The translations under genes and the position numbers were made by a program. The notes under the pieces are model-generated. The model was not told where the DNA came from, made no database searches, and saw only the letters and a list, made by a program, of their open reading frames with translations. A stretch of DNA of 64,000 bases. Origin: a virus. Shown one piece after another: positions 47,747 through 59,225 of the stretch. Position 1 is the first letter of the stretch; each line of letters begins with the position of its first letter. The DNA lies in IMG/VR virus record IMGVR_UViG_3300019755_000002, positions 1 to 64,000 of that record; one strand, written 5' to 3'.

Positions 47747-49153
47747 TTATTCTCTCGTTAAAATATATTGAGGTGTGGTTGAAATCATTCTGTACTGAGA
47801 TGTAGTTGAATAAAGCACGACATTTTCCCAATCTATATATCCAATCGTCGGTAAAGCACCAACATATAATTGTGTCGCTGAAATAAGAAATACTTGTTCA
47901 ACAGGCGTTGTTGAAACGTTAAAATCTTGGTTAATGTTTGACTGCAATATCTGTGTCACATAACCCAGGTTGTGGACGGTAAAAATCTGCTCAATACCTA
48001 CCACAATATTCCTAATATCAAAGGAATAGGAGATAGGTTCGCAGGTTAACACAGAATCAATCTTGATATTTGCTCTGCTAATGTGTGAGAACTGCTCAAT
48101 AGGATTTACAGTATAAACAGCCTCGGAATTTAACGGTACGGTCTCAATAAACGTTACTTGCTCAATTGCTGTCGTTGTGAACTGTTGTTCAAAGTTAACT
48201 GAAAGGGTGTTAATAGCAATATGTTGTTCAATAAGCTGTGTAGCGTAGTTTTGCTCTTGGTTTATTCTAGCGGTTGAAGCGTATATTGTTTGTTCAATAT
48301 CCTCAGTGCTATAAACTTGGTCAAGTAAGACTTGGTTTTTATCTATTTCAATTGTTTGCTCTATTAATGCAGAACGTAATAGTTGCTTTGTTTCAACAAT
48401 TGATGGTGAAATATTCTGATACCATCTAGGTTTGGCAATAACGAATGTTTGTTCCACACCTGAGTCAATTAGTTTAAATAATTGATACGGATTTGCTTCA
48501 ATCGAGTCTAAGTTTTCATTCGATGGAATATTATCGTAAACATATACAATAGTTAATGTGGAAGACCAATCACCTAGCTGAACGTAATTTCTAATACTAG
48601 CGTCTGAGGAGTAACAACTACTATTAACCGGAGCCTCGATGCCGTTGTGGTAGCCGCGCAACGGGAGTCTATCACCTGCTTGTCTAACACTAAATGCTAC
48701 TGACGTGAATGTGTCGCTGATGATAGGCATATTACTCATTGAGTAAGAGTTGTAGTTCGATTTAGCTACGGGGTATGTACTTGACCACCTACCATCTGAC
48801 TTTATCTGAAAATCTGAGGTCGATTCCGAAGAATTAACCAAAAATCTCAGGTCTTCACCCGATTCGCCGTTAGTTCTCGTATTGAATGAACCAATCATCT
48901 GAAAAGTGTTATAGTTGATATTTGTTAGGTCTATGCCTACATCTGCTAACAAGAACTGAGCGACACCTTTCCAATTGTTCCCGTTACTGTCACTGTTAAC
49001 CGTAGGAGTACTACCCGAGACTGTACCTGAAACGACTTCAACAACGTTAGTACCGTCACATATAAACGCGGCAATTACCCCCATCTCAGCTACAAGAGGA
49101 TTTTCCCAATCGATTTCGGGTACGATTTCACTCGCTAAAACAATCTCAGGCAT
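47747..49153 (-). CDS. Putative structural protein with repetitive IEQ-rich C-terminal half
   Basis: 468 aa in the tail fibre cluster. Confidence 0.7.
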   Translation of the reverse strand: MPEIVLASEIVPEIDWENPLVAEMGVIAAFICDGTNVVEVVSGTVSGSTPTVNSDSNGNNWKGVAQFLLADVGIDLTNINYNTFQMIGSFNTRTNGESGEDLRFLVNSSESTSDFQIKSDGRWSSTYPVAKSNYNSYSMSNMPIISDTFTSVAFSVRQAGDRLPLRGYHNGIEAPVNSSCYSSDASIRNYVQLGDWSSTLTIVYVYDNIPSNENLDSIEANPYQLFKLIDSGVEQTFVIAKPRWYQNISPSIVETKQLLRSALIEQTIEIDKNQVLLDQVYSTEDIEQTIYASTARINQEQNYATQLIEQHIAINTLSVNFEQQFTTTAIEQVTFIETVPLNSEAVYTVNPIEQFSHISRANIKIDSVLTCEPISYSFDIRNIVVGIEQIFTVHNLGYVTQILQSNINQDFNVSTTPVEQVFLISATQLYVGALPTIGYIDWENVVLYSTTSQYRMISTTPQYILTRE

Positions 49154-49159
49154 AATGAA

Positions 49160-49873
49160 CTAACCGCGATTCGTGCTAGCAATAGCTGTGAAATTACAAA
49201 CTGCGCTGGGCTTTACATAGAGTTTGTTATAAACACGCATTTTCCTAGAACTTAACTCAATTAACAATCTGTTATTAACAGATGAAACAGCATAAGTTAT
49301 AGCTCTATCACCATTAACTGGCCTGTAATTTAAAAAGTCTTCTGGATCTAGCTTATCTGAACAAACAGACAGAAAGACACTAAAAGCGCAGTCAACATCC
49401 GTAGTTATTTCAACATCAACGCCTTGGTTCGACGCTGTTTGAATGTACGCTAAAGTCTGTGGGTAGGTACATTCTTGTTTTTCAATAGCTAACAAGGCTT
49501 TAGCTGAATCAAACTGCTCTTGAGTAGCATCCGAAAAAGGGAATGTTGTTGTGTTAGCTTTTGACAAAAGAATAGGCTTTAGCTGGGACAAAGCCGTACT
49601 TATATCCGTATCTGCGGCAATCATACCGTCTAATACAGATATTTGAGCATCACCCGTATCATTACCGATAATAAAATTATAATTCTGCGAATCTAAGAAC
49701 GCGGCAAGAATATTTTGATGTGGGTGTGTGTTGTCCGTAGCTATTTCTTTAAAGCGAATATAAACACCTGACAAGGCTAATATGTTATTCATTGTGTCAC
49801 GATTTATTATTTTACCCACCGTTTCAGTGTATGCTTGCGCTTCTGCTAACGTATTAAAATCTGATAGTTTCAT
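49160..49873 (-). CDS. Hypothetical protein, tail cluster
   Basis: Coupled ORF. Confidence 0.75.
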   Translation of the reverse strand: MKLSDFNTLAEAQAYTETVGKIINRDTMNNILALSGVYIRFKEIATDNTHPHQNILAAFLDSQNYNFIIGNDTGDAQISVLDGMIAADTDISTALSQLKPILLSKANTTTFPFSDATQEQFDSAKALLAIEKQECTYPQTLAYIQTASNQGVDVEITTDVDCAFSVFLSVCSDKLDPEDFLNYRPVNGDRAITYAVSSVNNRLLIELSSRKMRVYNKLYVKPSAVCNFTAIASTNRG

Positions 49874-50148
49874 AATGTCTTTTTAACCTCTTTTTTTATT
49901 CCATTCTTAAATCGTGCAAACGCTACGTTTTTAACACCAAGCATTCTTAAAAAGTTTTTAAAATCGTCGTAATCTTGCTTTGTGAACTTAACCTCTTTTT
50001 TATTAAGCATAAGTTCTATGTTGGGTACACCGTCAACGAACGTGATCACGGCACACGCTACGAAATCATCACCATGAACCTTTGTTTTACGTGCGAAAAC
50101 TTGCTTAAGCTCAAAAGTCCAATTCCCGATGGTGACGATGATTTTCAT
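49870..50148 (-). CDS. Hypothetical protein
   Basis: Coupled ORF. Confidence 0.7.
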   Translation of the reverse strand: MKIIVTIGNWTFELKQVFARKTKVHGDDFVACAVITFVDGVPNIELMLNKKEVKFTKQDYDDFKNFLRMLGVKNVAFARFKNGIKKEVKKTL

Positions 50149-50153
50149 CTTCG

Positions 50154-50555
50154 TTACTCACCCCACACCGTAGAATATTTTTCATCGTTCTCTATGGCTA
50201 CTCGGCAATGAGAATTCTGTTTCAGGATTTTTTCAAAACACCAATCGATTACTAATTCCATCTTCAAAGCGATACCATTGCCACGCTTAGCATGATAGCC
50301 TACTCGACCACTGACATGAGTATCCATGTTGCCGCCAAGAACCGTGTTTGTAGTTTGATCTTGAGCAATGAACATCTGGTAAGCCCAACCTTTAAAATTC
50401 AAAGTTACACCTAACACCGTAGCGACAGGCTTAATTTTAGATATTAAATAAATAGGCAAAACTACAGGTGACATGACAACAAACAATGTTGACCAGCACA
50501 CAACTACAATAACCAAAAACACTAAAGCTACTAACCACTGAGCTATATTTTTCAT
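50154..50555 (-). CDS. Membrane protein of a type found near tail fibre genes
   Basis: N-terminal TM; DQTTNTVLGGNMDTHVSGRVG; HC near C-terminus. Confidence 0.75.
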   Translation of the reverse strand: MKNIAQWLVALVFLVIVVVCWSTLFVVMSPVVLPIYLISKIKPVATVLGVTLNFKGWAYQMFIAQDQTTNTVLGGNMDTHVSGRVGYHAKRGNGIALKMELVIDWCFEKILKQNSHCRVAIENDEKYSTVWGE

Positions 50556-50563
50556 AAATACTC

Positions 50564-51139
50564 CTACACCAAAAAATCTATATCATCAAATTCGACATGA
50601 AACGCTGCTGTTCCACCACTTAACCTATCTAGCGCTCGGTTAGTTCGTGCTGCGGTAACTTTATAATTACCACTAATAACAGGTTCACCACCACATGTGA
50701 GTACACCATTGACTATTGCCCCTGTTAGGTATAATTCCGTGGTGGTTGGTTCATCATCTGCGTATTTAGTAAGCGGTATTTTTACTAATGAGATGTTGAT
50801 ATTTAAATCAGACAACGTTAATTCAACTAACGGCGTAAAACCTACTTGAGCATAGTATTTATTGTCTGTGTTAATAACTGGATTAGTTGTCTTATCTGAT
50901 ACAGTTATGCTTGTTATTGTTTTAACTGGGGCATTACTTGGTGCAACATAGGCCGTTGTTGTTAGTATTCTCGTTGGGGTTAACTTCGTAGGCGGAACTA
51001 AATACCCCTCTTGAAATAAGTACCCTATTGGATAATTACCTTCTATCGCTATATGATCATCATAGTTGGCCAGTATAAACGCTTCATCTGCTTCTATAAC
51101 ATTTATAACTTTGTTGTTTTTTATGAGTGTGTATTGCAT
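50564..51139 (-). CDS. Putative tail fibre assembly protein
   Basis: Start moved to MQYTLIKNNKVINVI with AGGAG RBS. Confidence 0.65.
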   Translation of the reverse strand: MQYTLIKNNKVINVIEADEAFILANYDDHIAIEGNYPIGYLFQEGYLVPPTKLTPTRILTTTAYVAPSNAPVKTITSITVSDKTTNPVINTDNKYYAQVGFTPLVELTLSDLNINISLVKIPLTKYADDEPTTTELYLTGAIVNGVLTCGGEPVISGNYKVTAARTNRALDRLSGGTAAFHVEFDDIDFLV

Positions 51140-51149
51140 ATAATATCTC

Positions 51150-52187
51150 CTAAGCTTGTTGTTTAACAAAATTAATAAGTACGTAAGGGGAAAAACTACC
51201 ACCTTGTTGTCTTCCAACATAATCAATACCAACATTAGCGGCATAATGAGGGTTAGGGCTAGAGGCACCAGCACCCAACAAAGATGGTCTACTATCAATT
51301 GATGCAAGGTAACCTTCGGTTTTATCTTCACCATCATTAGATGCACAAGCACCTCCACCAGCACCATGATAGTAGGCGGCACTACCTGTTTGGGTATATC
51401 CTGCTCCATCCCCTTGTATTTTACCGTTTGAAGTTACAGCCCTAGTTGGTACATTTGCAACAGATCCATTCATACCATCAGTACCTGCTATACAAGTAAT
51501 ACCATCATCTACTTCTTGACCATTCCACAGAACTTTGCCACCGATGCCGCCAACCGCAGGATATGAACCGTGGTCTGCACCTTGACCACCAGCTTCCACA
51601 GTAAGTGCACCTAGAACTAAAGAGTAACCCTTCGTTAAAATTAGTTCCTGTCCAGGGGTAACGGCTATTTCAAAATCTATAACAGCACCACCTCCACCTC
51701 CACCTCCACCAGATTGTTTGCTGTTAGAAGTACCAGCATAACTAGTACCACTACGACCACCAGCAGCTTGGTATGTAACCTTAATCAAGTAACAATAATC
51801 AGGAATGGTTATCGTTTGACTTGATCCGTATTGCTGAATGTTATCTTCATGCACAGCACGTATACGGCTAGGCATAGTGATAAACCGTAATAGCTGCAAA
51901 TTGTCTGCACTCAGTAACGATGAGTTGTCTACATATACTTGTATATGAGTATCTAAACCATCAAAAGTAGATATACCCATATCATAACCAGCATGTTTAG
52001 CGTTCAACAACTCTCTTAATGTTGCATAACTAACGTTACTGTCATCAAAGCCTTCTGCTTGTGCAGCGGTTATCTCTCCTACTGTTGGAGAAGGTAAAGC
52101 TATTACTCGATCAATTTCTGTTTTAGCACTAGCTGCTAAAGGGGCTAGTTGTCCTGCTGTCAATGTCATTAGATTATGAATCCCCAA
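51150..52187 (-). CDS. Glycine-rich tail fibre protein
   Basis: AAGG...GGGGGGGG...AVTPGQ glycine-rich domain. Confidence 0.75.
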   Translation of the reverse strand: MGIHNLMTLTAGQLAPLAASAKTEIDRVIALPSPTVGEITAAQAEGFDDSNVSYATLRELLNAKHAGYDMGISTFDGLDTHIQVYVDNSSLLSADNLQLLRFITMPSRIRAVHEDNIQQYGSSQTITIPDYCYLIKVTYQAAGGRSGTSYAGTSNSKQSGGGGGGGGAVIDFEIAVTPGQELILTKGYSLVLGALTVEAGGQGADHGSYPAVGGIGGKVLWNGQEVDDGITCIAGTDGMNGSVANVPTRAVTSNGKIQGDGAGYTQTGSAAYYHGAGGGACASNDGEDKTEGYLASIDSRPSLLGAGASSPNPHYAANVGIDYVGRQQGGSFSPYVLINFVKQQA

Positions 52188-53389
52188 AGTTTACAGTTTA
52201 AGTTTGTTCTCATTTTATTTAACTCCACGTTCATGAGTGATACATGTGCATCATACTCTGTCTGAGCTACCTTGCTGTTTGCCATACCAGTAGCAGCATC
52301 AATAGCAGATTGAAGCCCAGCAATATCTGCGATGTTTAATACCACAACACCTTGTTTACCATTTACACTTACTACGCTTTCACTATTATCAACCTTGAAC
52401 CACTTCTCTAAAGTCCAATTAGTACCATCGTGTGTAGAGTTTTGGCTATCCCATATGATGTTGTCGTTTGGCTCATAATCAACACCATCAATAACACCTG
52501 AAACTGTAATCTTGTACATTGGGTTACCTTGAGGAACACCGTCTACAATCGATGGAGGGGGTGGCGCTATATTGGCACCAGCATTCCACTGACCTACAAA
52601 ATATAATGATGCGGTAACACTAGACACGGCTGCTTGCGCTGTAGCGGCTGCGGCTTGTGTTTTAGCTAGGTAGTGTTTAAGACTATAAATCCCAGAACTT
52701 ATTTCGGTATCTACGGCGGTATCGGATAATGCATAAGCAAGGGCATACACATCCTCAGTCTGAGACTTGAGCATAGTGACATCATTTTTTAGCGTAATGG
52801 TGTCGTTCTTAGCTCCTTCGGCTAGCACTTTGGCTGATAAGGAATCGGTGGCATGATGCAACGAAGATTTATCTGTTGTATTCGTTACGTTCTGGTCATA
52901 AGGATTTACAGCATACTCTTTAGCTTTTGTTGCATCTAAATTAGCTGAACTAGCACTGGTACTAGCTGATAACTTGTCATCATCAATGTCTTGCTGAAAA
53001 GAGGCAACCGTCGTCGTCAATGTGTCAACATCGTTTTCTAATTGATTGAAGGTATTCACTGCTCCTGTAGCATTCGACGTTATTTGGTCTACAGTCTCAA
53101 CGACCTCACCCCATTGCTCGCTAATAGCAACTACTTTTTCCACTGCATCAACTAACCCTTCAATAGTATAGGTGATAACAAAATCTACCCCTGAGACAGT
53201 TGCATGTTTCCAATTGTTACGAAGCTGGATTTCACCAACACTACCACTCATACCCTCAACAGTCATAAACCCATTTAACTCAATGTGACTACCGCTACTA
53301 ACAAAAGTAGCATCCACTCCACCATCTAAGGTCATCGTTTTAGACCCATTCACAAAAGAGGCTGTACCTGTTAAAAAGCCATTTGCCAT
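52169..53389 (-). CDS. Tail fibre protein
   Basis: Follows gpJ; Ala/Ser-rich coiled coil; VVSVNGKQGVVVL repeat. Confidence 0.75.
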   Translation of the reverse strand: MANGFLTGTASFVNGSKTMTLDGGVDATFVSSGSHIELNGFMTVEGMSGSVGEIQLRNNWKHATVSGVDFVITYTIEGLVDAVEKVVAISEQWGEVVETVDQITSNATGAVNTFNQLENDVDTLTTTVASFQQDIDDDKLSASTSASSANLDATKAKEYAVNPYDQNVTNTTDKSSLHHATDSLSAKVLAEGAKNDTITLKNDVTMLKSQTEDVYALAYALSDTAVDTEISSGIYSLKHYLAKTQAAAATAQAAVSSVTASLYFVGQWNAGANIAPPPPSIVDGVPQGNPMYKITVSGVIDGVDYEPNDNIIWDSQNSTHDGTNWTLEKWFKVDNSESVVSVNGKQGVVVLNIADIAGLQSAIDAATGMANSKVAQTEYDAHVSLMNVELNKMRTNLNCKLWGFII

Positions 53390-53403
53390 AATTAATTCCT
53401 ACT

Positions 53404-56400
53404 CTAAAATCTATATGTACAAGCTATTTGTTTAACTTGTTCAGGGTAATCAAAAATAACGTCTTCGTGGCTTTCTGCCACTGTGTAGTTATAAACCAAA
53501 TCATCATCTTGCTGCTGGGCTTTACCCGCCATAGCGCTAGAGCAAAGATTGTCGCCATCGAGGATATTCCCACCTAGACCACAAACATTAATTAAGCCTT
53601 CACCAACGGAATTTATCGTTACAAGTTCGTCGTCCATGTCGAATTCTTCGGACAACTGTTCCCAAGTCATTCCTAGAGGTAGCTGGTCATAACTATTAAG
53701 ATATGTGGCTAGAGTTAAAGCCTCAGAGTAAACGCCATAAACGTTCTTTTCTTTAAACGTTTCAGTTTTTTTAACTTCGGATATTGAGTTGCTTATATCT
53801 GACTTAACCACCACTCTAGCCCTACTAACTAAATCTCCTACTTCGATAATATGGGGGGTTTTCACTATACATATGTGTCGCCCCGTAAAAGGAGATACAC
53901 CACCAGGACTAAAAATACCCCGCCAGTTATTAGCGGCATTACGGTTAGAAATATAAAGCCCCCAATCACTATAACCTCGAGCATCGAAATCGGCAGGAAC
54001 GTAACTTGCTGGGGGTTGACTGATGATCCCCCCCTTTTCAGGTATGTAGCATCGGGAATAGCCCGAACTATCAGAAAATATGAAGGCCGTAGACCCTTGG
54101 TTATTTTCAGTTACACTAAAAGAGCCACCATTCCCCCCGCGCATTTTAATAGACGTAGTCTCAATGTCGCACTTACCTGTTGCGGGATTAAAGTCTAATT
54201 TTGCATTTCCAGAAGAACATAACAGTCTACCCGTAAAGGTCGCATCTACAGCCAAAACGATGTCCGCTGCTAATTTACTGGTTGTAACCGAGTTTGCGGC
54301 TAAGTGTACGGCTTCAATAGCTAGAGCCTTAATCTTCCCCGCTGTAATAGCGTAGGCTGCAATCTTATCCGCTGTGATTGCACCAGCGGCTATTTTACTC
54401 GCTAACACCGAGTTTGCAGCGAGTTTATCCGCAACTACCGCCCCTGCAGCTATTTTATCCGCAATCACAGCGTTGGCTGAAATTTTGTCCGCAGTCACAG
54501 CATTTGCCGTTATATGGTTGGCATAGATTTGATTGGCCGCAATCTTATCGGCTAAAACGGAGTTAGCCATCAACTTAGGTGTCGAAATAGAATTATTCGA
54601 GATGTTCGTTGTCGTTATGGGGAACAAACCATTTAAATTACCAAGCTCTTGCCAAAGTGTTCCTAATTGTTGACTACGAGTAACACCCTCATCTACGATT
54701 GCTTGCTTATTTATCAAACCTTCTTGGGTAATTAATGCCTGACCAGCAGCTAATCTTATATCATTTACCATGGCGTCCCACGCCCTTGGTATCGTGTCTA
54801 ACTCAGCTTGTATTTCTTCAATCAACTCCCCCTCGCCAGATAAAGGACTTTCATTAATATAAACCAGTACCCCACCTTGTTCAGGGAAGAAAGCTGTTGT
54901 TCCAAATGGGCCTATAGACCTCGCCCACAATAAATACTGGCTGTCAGCGTCTAGATTAAAATAATCCACTAGGGTTGGTGCTGTGCGAATTAATTCGGCA
55001 TCAACAATGTTAGGAAGTGGTTCACCCTCAATAACCTTGGCTATCCACCACTCGACCAGCACATCTTCTATCACCAGTTCATCAAATAATGGTGATGCTG
55101 AAAGTGATTGGCGAACAACGTTTGTTTCAATATCCACAATCAAAGGAACACCGTCGGCCGTTATGTTCTCTACACGTAGAACCGAGTATTCCCCTTGTTG
55201 GTCTATTAATTGAAACTCTAAACGTAGGTCATTACTAGCAGCACCTAATTTCTTAAGATGCTCTAATAAGGTATAAGTTATCTCACCGTCCGAGCTTGTC
55301 CCCTCTAATAACAAGGTTTCAGTTTTATTATCTATCAGAGAAAAACGCACACCCGAAATAAGACCTGAGCTTAATAAAGGCATCTTGCTTCTGGGCGCAT
55401 CAACATCAAAAAGATATTCTGCCTCAATAAGACACGTTAAATCGCCTTGATTAAAACTAAAACTTAAGGAAGTAAAAAGCTGGTCTTCAGAGTATTCCCC
55501 TAAAACGAAAGATAATTCATTAATCGTCCATTTAAAAAGGTCGGAATAAAACTTCTTATCGTTATAAACCATAACCACGGTAAAGCCGTAGTCTCCAACC
55601 GTTACGTTAGGTACTTCAATAAGCGTAGCATTGGTCGTTAACCTTAAACCTGTATCAACACCATCTTTGAAAACTTGTAGCTCATAGTAAGCCCCAAGAT
55701 AGACTTTTGAGGGCGAATCCCATGTTAACCATAAATTAAGTTGCCTCTGATCTTTCACATTAACGTATTCTTGCTTAAGCACCGTAATGTTCTGGGGTGA
55801 TTCCCCTGTTTTGGGGTTGTCAAAATTAAAGCTTGGTTTATTGGTTAACAGTAAGTTATCCGCTGCATCGTGTTTGTTTCTATTTACTTCAACAGCCGTT
55901 AGACTCACAGCTTTACTTTCGGGGTCAACTTCCGAAATGGAAACAATTCTAAATGGTTTAGATATCCCTGGAGCACTATTTTCACGTTGAATAGAAAACG
56001 CGGGATATTGTGGTAAGTCCAGTGTTGGGGCTACACTTAGCGTTAGCTCCTTAAAAAAACCTACCCTATCAACAGTAAAAGAGATTGTTTCAATAGCGTC
56101 AGATTGCGTTTGCACCAAGAAATAAAACGTGCCTGACTCTTCTAAATAAATAGGGTCTCTAAACGTGACCTTTTTATTTTCTAACGCTAAAATACGCCCT
56201 GATATACCCCAATCTTGATCAGGGTCAACAATGTTTATAATGTCGAAAAGTTCAAAACGAATCCCAGCATTAGGCAACATGAAAGTTACAGACATGGTTT
56301 CTGTTTGAGACGAGATTAGTCGAAAATACATCTTCCGCCATGCTTCTTGAGCATAGATACAACCAACACTCTCGTATTCCAAAACATTCGCACCATGTTT

Positions 56401-58194
56401 ATCTTGTGCATTTTGGTCAACTAATGGTCCTAAGTATTGACGTTCCCAATCCAATTCAGAATCTATATATGAAGAAACTATTTCATTCGGTCGCTCAGTT
56501 AAATCCGTATGGCTGTAAGTAAAGACCACGTTAGGACTCGTTTCGATACACTGCTCAGGGGTAATGGTGGCTACTGCGGCTGTGTTCCTGTCAGCAACAA
56601 TAACTAACTGACCATGTTCATCATCATAGGCCTGAGCATTGGCCGAGCCTAAAATGTAGTTGATAAGATCTAACCCATTTTGCTTTTCAGTGATCACACC
56701 ATTAAAAGTAAAACGCGCATGTTCCCCACCATCACCGTCTGACAACATTTCATCCGCATGTTTCGCTAACGTGTAGACGCGATATCTGTCTATCGTAACT
56801 CGTGGGTTTATACGGTAATAACCTATTCTAGTATTTGTTACTAGTTCATAGGCGATCCAAAAAGGGTTATCCGTCCATCTTTTTTCAGTTTTAAATTCCC
56901 CATCCCAAACAATGCTCTCATCATATGTTTTGGTCTCTGGGTTATAGTTGGTTGGTACTGAACAAAGTAAACCTTTCCATACCCCAGAAATATTTGGTAG
57001 GTTTTGAATTTCACTATTAAGTAGAGCGGCCACATGCAACATTGCCGTCCCTGCATGATATTCTGCCTCAGCTTCCGAACCAGCAATACCCACGTTTTCT
57101 GTTTCATAACTTAACCAAGAGATTCGTTGAATAAATTCTTCATCGTTCTCAACGCCAACTAACGTAACCGAAAGTTCAACGCCTTTTTCACTATTTGGTA
57201 CCGTAAAAGTGTAGCCTCGAACAAAGCCACCAACAGTTGTTTTTCCCTCGACAGTTATTTTGTCCGTTAATAGTGTTGGATTAGAAACTAAGTCATCTTC
57301 TTCAATAACGAGACGCCCCCACCCATCGACCACAATCCATTTAACCAACAAATCCATGCCTAATTCTTCTCTGGAATGCCTTTCAGCCACTTTTTCGGCA
57401 TAAAACTGGGCAAACTCTGCCTGAGTTTTACTTATCGTAGCCCCCCATTCATCGCGTTCAAGTTCAAGTTGAAACCACACCTGAGAATAGAAATATTTTT
57501 CGTATTTATTCGTCTCGATATTTAAAATCCAAGCACCGACAAGCGTACCTTGCTGACCTGCTTCGTAATAGAGTCCGAGATAATAGATATTAACGCGCCG
57601 AGGAATGGCTCCATTCTCTGGAGACATACCACCAGAAGATTCATCGGAAATAACCCGCTGCTTTATCGCCGTCCAATCTTCACCAATATAACGCCACTTT
57701 ATTGCTAATTCCGCACTTGACGATTTATACCCCTCATCAGTTGCGCGATATAATTGCTGTACAGCTAAGCGAATTTCAACTCGGTTATATTGTCCTGCAA
57801 TAGCTGCGGGTATCGTCCTAGTAAGTGTAACGTCGTCTACCAGTGTAGCATTAACAACGTGAGGAGAAGTGTTTCCGCCAAGTAGGTAAGCAATAGGACT
57901 TTGACCGTAAAGATTGTCTTCTAAATCCGTCAACACTTTTCCAGATTCAGACCGTAGAATAAACTCGGCTTCAGGAAATTGAAGTTCACCATTAACGTCT
58001 CGTATCGCAGTGTCATCCACAAAAAGATTCGCTAATTTTTCTTCTTCCGTGTCACCGTCTAGGCCATAGATTGGGCCTTCACAAATACCAAGAAGCATTT
58101 CAAAGCCGTCAGTAGACCATAACGAATCTCTATCGTTACCAGCGTCATTTCCGCCACCACTGCCCGAGGCAAATGTGGTCTTCATCTTCGTCAT
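53404..58194 (-). CDS. Central tail tip / host specificity protein (lambda gpJ-like)
   Basis: ICEGPIYG, VPTNYNP, WTDNPFW, FNIII-like region, ADKIAA repeats; start moved to the ATG after the motif variant. Confidence 0.92.
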   Translation of the reverse strand: MTKMKTTFASGSGGGNDAGNDRDSLWSTDGFEMLLGICEGPIYGLDGDTEEEKLANLFVDDTAIRDVNGELQFPEAEFILRSESGKVLTDLEDNLYGQSPIAYLLGGNTSPHVVNATLVDDVTLTRTIPAAIAGQYNRVEIRLAVQQLYRATDEGYKSSSAELAIKWRYIGEDWTAIKQRVISDESSGGMSPENGAIPRRVNIYYLGLYYEAGQQGTLVGAWILNIETNKYEKYFYSQVWFQLELERDEWGATISKTQAEFAQFYAEKVAERHSREELGMDLLVKWIVVDGWGRLVIEEDDLVSNPTLLTDKITVEGKTTVGGFVRGYTFTVPNSEKGVELSVTLVGVENDEEFIQRISWLSYETENVGIAGSEAEAEYHAGTAMLHVAALLNSEIQNLPNISGVWKGLLCSVPTNYNPETKTYDESIVWDGEFKTEKRWTDNPFWIAYELVTNTRIGYYRINPRVTIDRYRVYTLAKHADEMLSDGDGGEHARFTFNGVITEKQNGLDLINYILGSANAQAYDDEHGQLVIVADRNTAAVATITPEQCIETSPNVVFTYSHTDLTERPNEIVSSYIDSELDWERQYLGPLVDQNAQDKHGANVLEYESVGCIYAQEAWRKMYFRLISSQTETMSVTFMLPNAGIRFELFDIINIVDPDQDWGISGRILALENKKVTFRDPIYLEESGTFYFLVQTQSDAIETISFTVDRVGFFKELTLSVAPTLDLPQYPAFSIQRENSAPGISKPFRIVSISEVDPESKAVSLTAVEVNRNKHDAADNLLLTNKPSFNFDNPKTGESPQNITVLKQEYVNVKDQRQLNLWLTWDSPSKVYLGAYYELQVFKDGVDTGLRLTTNATLIEVPNVTVGDYGFTVVMVYNDKKFYSDLFKWTINELSFVLGEYSEDQLFTSLSFSFNQGDLTCLIEAEYLFDVDAPRSKMPLLSSGLISGVRFSLIDNKTETLLLEGTSSDGEITYTLLEHLKKLGAASNDLRLEFQLIDQQGEYSVLRVENITADGVPLIVDIETNVVRQSLSASPLFDELVIEDVLVEWWIAKVIEGEPLPNIVDAELIRTAPTLVDYFNLDADSQYLLWARSIGPFGTTAFFPEQGGVLVYINESPLSGEGELIEEIQAELDTIPRAWDAMVNDIRLAAGQALITQEGLINKQAIVDEGVTRSQQLGTLWQELGNLNGLFPITTTNISNNSISTPKLMANSVLADKIAANQIYANHITANAVTADKISANAVIADKIAAGAVVADKLAANSVLASKIAAGAITADKIAAYAITAGKIKALAIEAVHLAANSVTTSKLAADIVLAVDATFTGRLLCSSGNAKLDFNPATGKCDIETTSIKMRGGNGGSFSVTENNQGSTAFIFSDSSGYSRCYIPEKGGIISQPPASYVPADFDARGYSDWGLYISNRNAANNWRGIFSPGGVSPFTGRHICIVKTPHIIEVGDLVSRARVVVKSDISNSISEVKKTETFKEKNVYGVYSEALTLATYLNSYDQLPLGMTWEQLSEEFDMDDELVTINSVGEGLINVCGLGGNILDGDNLCSSAMAGKAQQQDDDLVYNYTVAESHEDVIFDYPEQVKQIACTYRF

Positions 58195-58234
58195 ATCGTC
58201 AATCATTCCAAATTTTAGTTACTTAGTTGTTTAA

Positions 58235-58867
58235 TTATTCATTGTTTAACGTAACGCTTAAATTTTCCCACGAGTCTTTAAATAATTGTGGTGTAAGCAA
58301 TAAGTCCGACAAATGTAACTCTTTTGTTTCTCTACTCACGGCATTAAGACTAAATATATGCCCCCCGTGTTTATGTCTTCCGAGGATAATCGGTATTGGT
58401 GTACCTGATTTTACGGTGTTTTGGTAACTCGTTACAGAATAATTTTTATTATCCTCGTCGGTTTCTTTTTTTATTGGATTTAGTAGTTCAACAACTCCAC
58501 CAAGAATTAAACCTACCCCCGCTGGTTGAAGATATGGTGCTGTAACAGGGGCAACGTAAGCCACGACCAAAAGCACAATACCGATCACAATTCTAACATT
58601 GGGGTTATTCCCTGAACCACATACGTCTTTAGGATAAATTACGCTCTCACTGGTGATGTTCAAAGTATTGACTTCTATAGGTTCATCTAAGCTTGAACTT
58701 TGAGTGCACTCTTTTACCCGACACAAAAAACGCTTTTGTGTGTTGTTTGGATTAAGCTCAGGTATTAATTGCAGGGAATTCAATGCTTCGCGTATCGTTC
58801 TAGCCGCCACTTTAATCGGTTTGGTGTACAGCTTGGAAATATCACCGTGTAATTGTATTGTGATCAT
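58235..58867 (-). CDS. Tail assembly protein (gpI-like)
   Basis: ITIQLHG..., NTVKSGTPIPIILGR. Confidence 0.85.
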   Translation of the reverse strand: MITIQLHGDISKLYTKPIKVAARTIREALNSLQLIPELNPNNTQKRFLCRVKECTQSSSLDEPIEVNTLNITSESVIYPKDVCGSGNNPNVRIVIGIVLLVVAYVAPVTAPYLQPAGVGLILGGVVELLNPIKKETDEDNKNYSVTSYQNTVKSGTPIPIILGRHKHGGHIFSLNAVSRETKELHLSDLLLTPQLFKDSWENLSVTLNNE

Positions 58868-58868
58868 A

Positions 58869-59225
58869 CTAAAAGTCTCGTCTGCTAAGATTCATAACTT
58901 TACCGTCAATTGCTTGATAACAAGCCACCCCCTTAACGCTAATAATGTAATGGGATAAATGGGGTAGCCTTTTAAAACATTCGTAGTCGTTCAATGATAA
59001 GTTGTAGCTTCTTAGAGTATGACTATGCCAGGTACTAACAATCTCACCTTCAACGTTATCCACGTCTTCGCTTAACATTCTAAAATTATCTCTCGGCTGG
59101 GTATGTCTGTTGGGTAGCTCGACAACCTCACCAGACTCAAGAATAACGCCGCAACGTTCTTCATTCCAAGTAGTTATAATAGCTAACCAATCAACCTTAA
59201 GACCCTCCTTATTAAGCATTTCCAA
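58869..59225 (-). CDS. JAB/MPN-domain tail protein (gpK N-terminal-like)
   Basis: ERCG, WHSHT...S.ND. Confidence 0.85.
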   Translation of the reverse strand: MEMLNKEGLKVDWLAIITTWNEERCGVILESGEVVELPNRHTQPRDNFRMLSEDVDNVEGEIVSTWHSHTLRSYNLSLNDYECFKRLPHLSHYIISVKGVACYQAIDGKVMNLSRRDF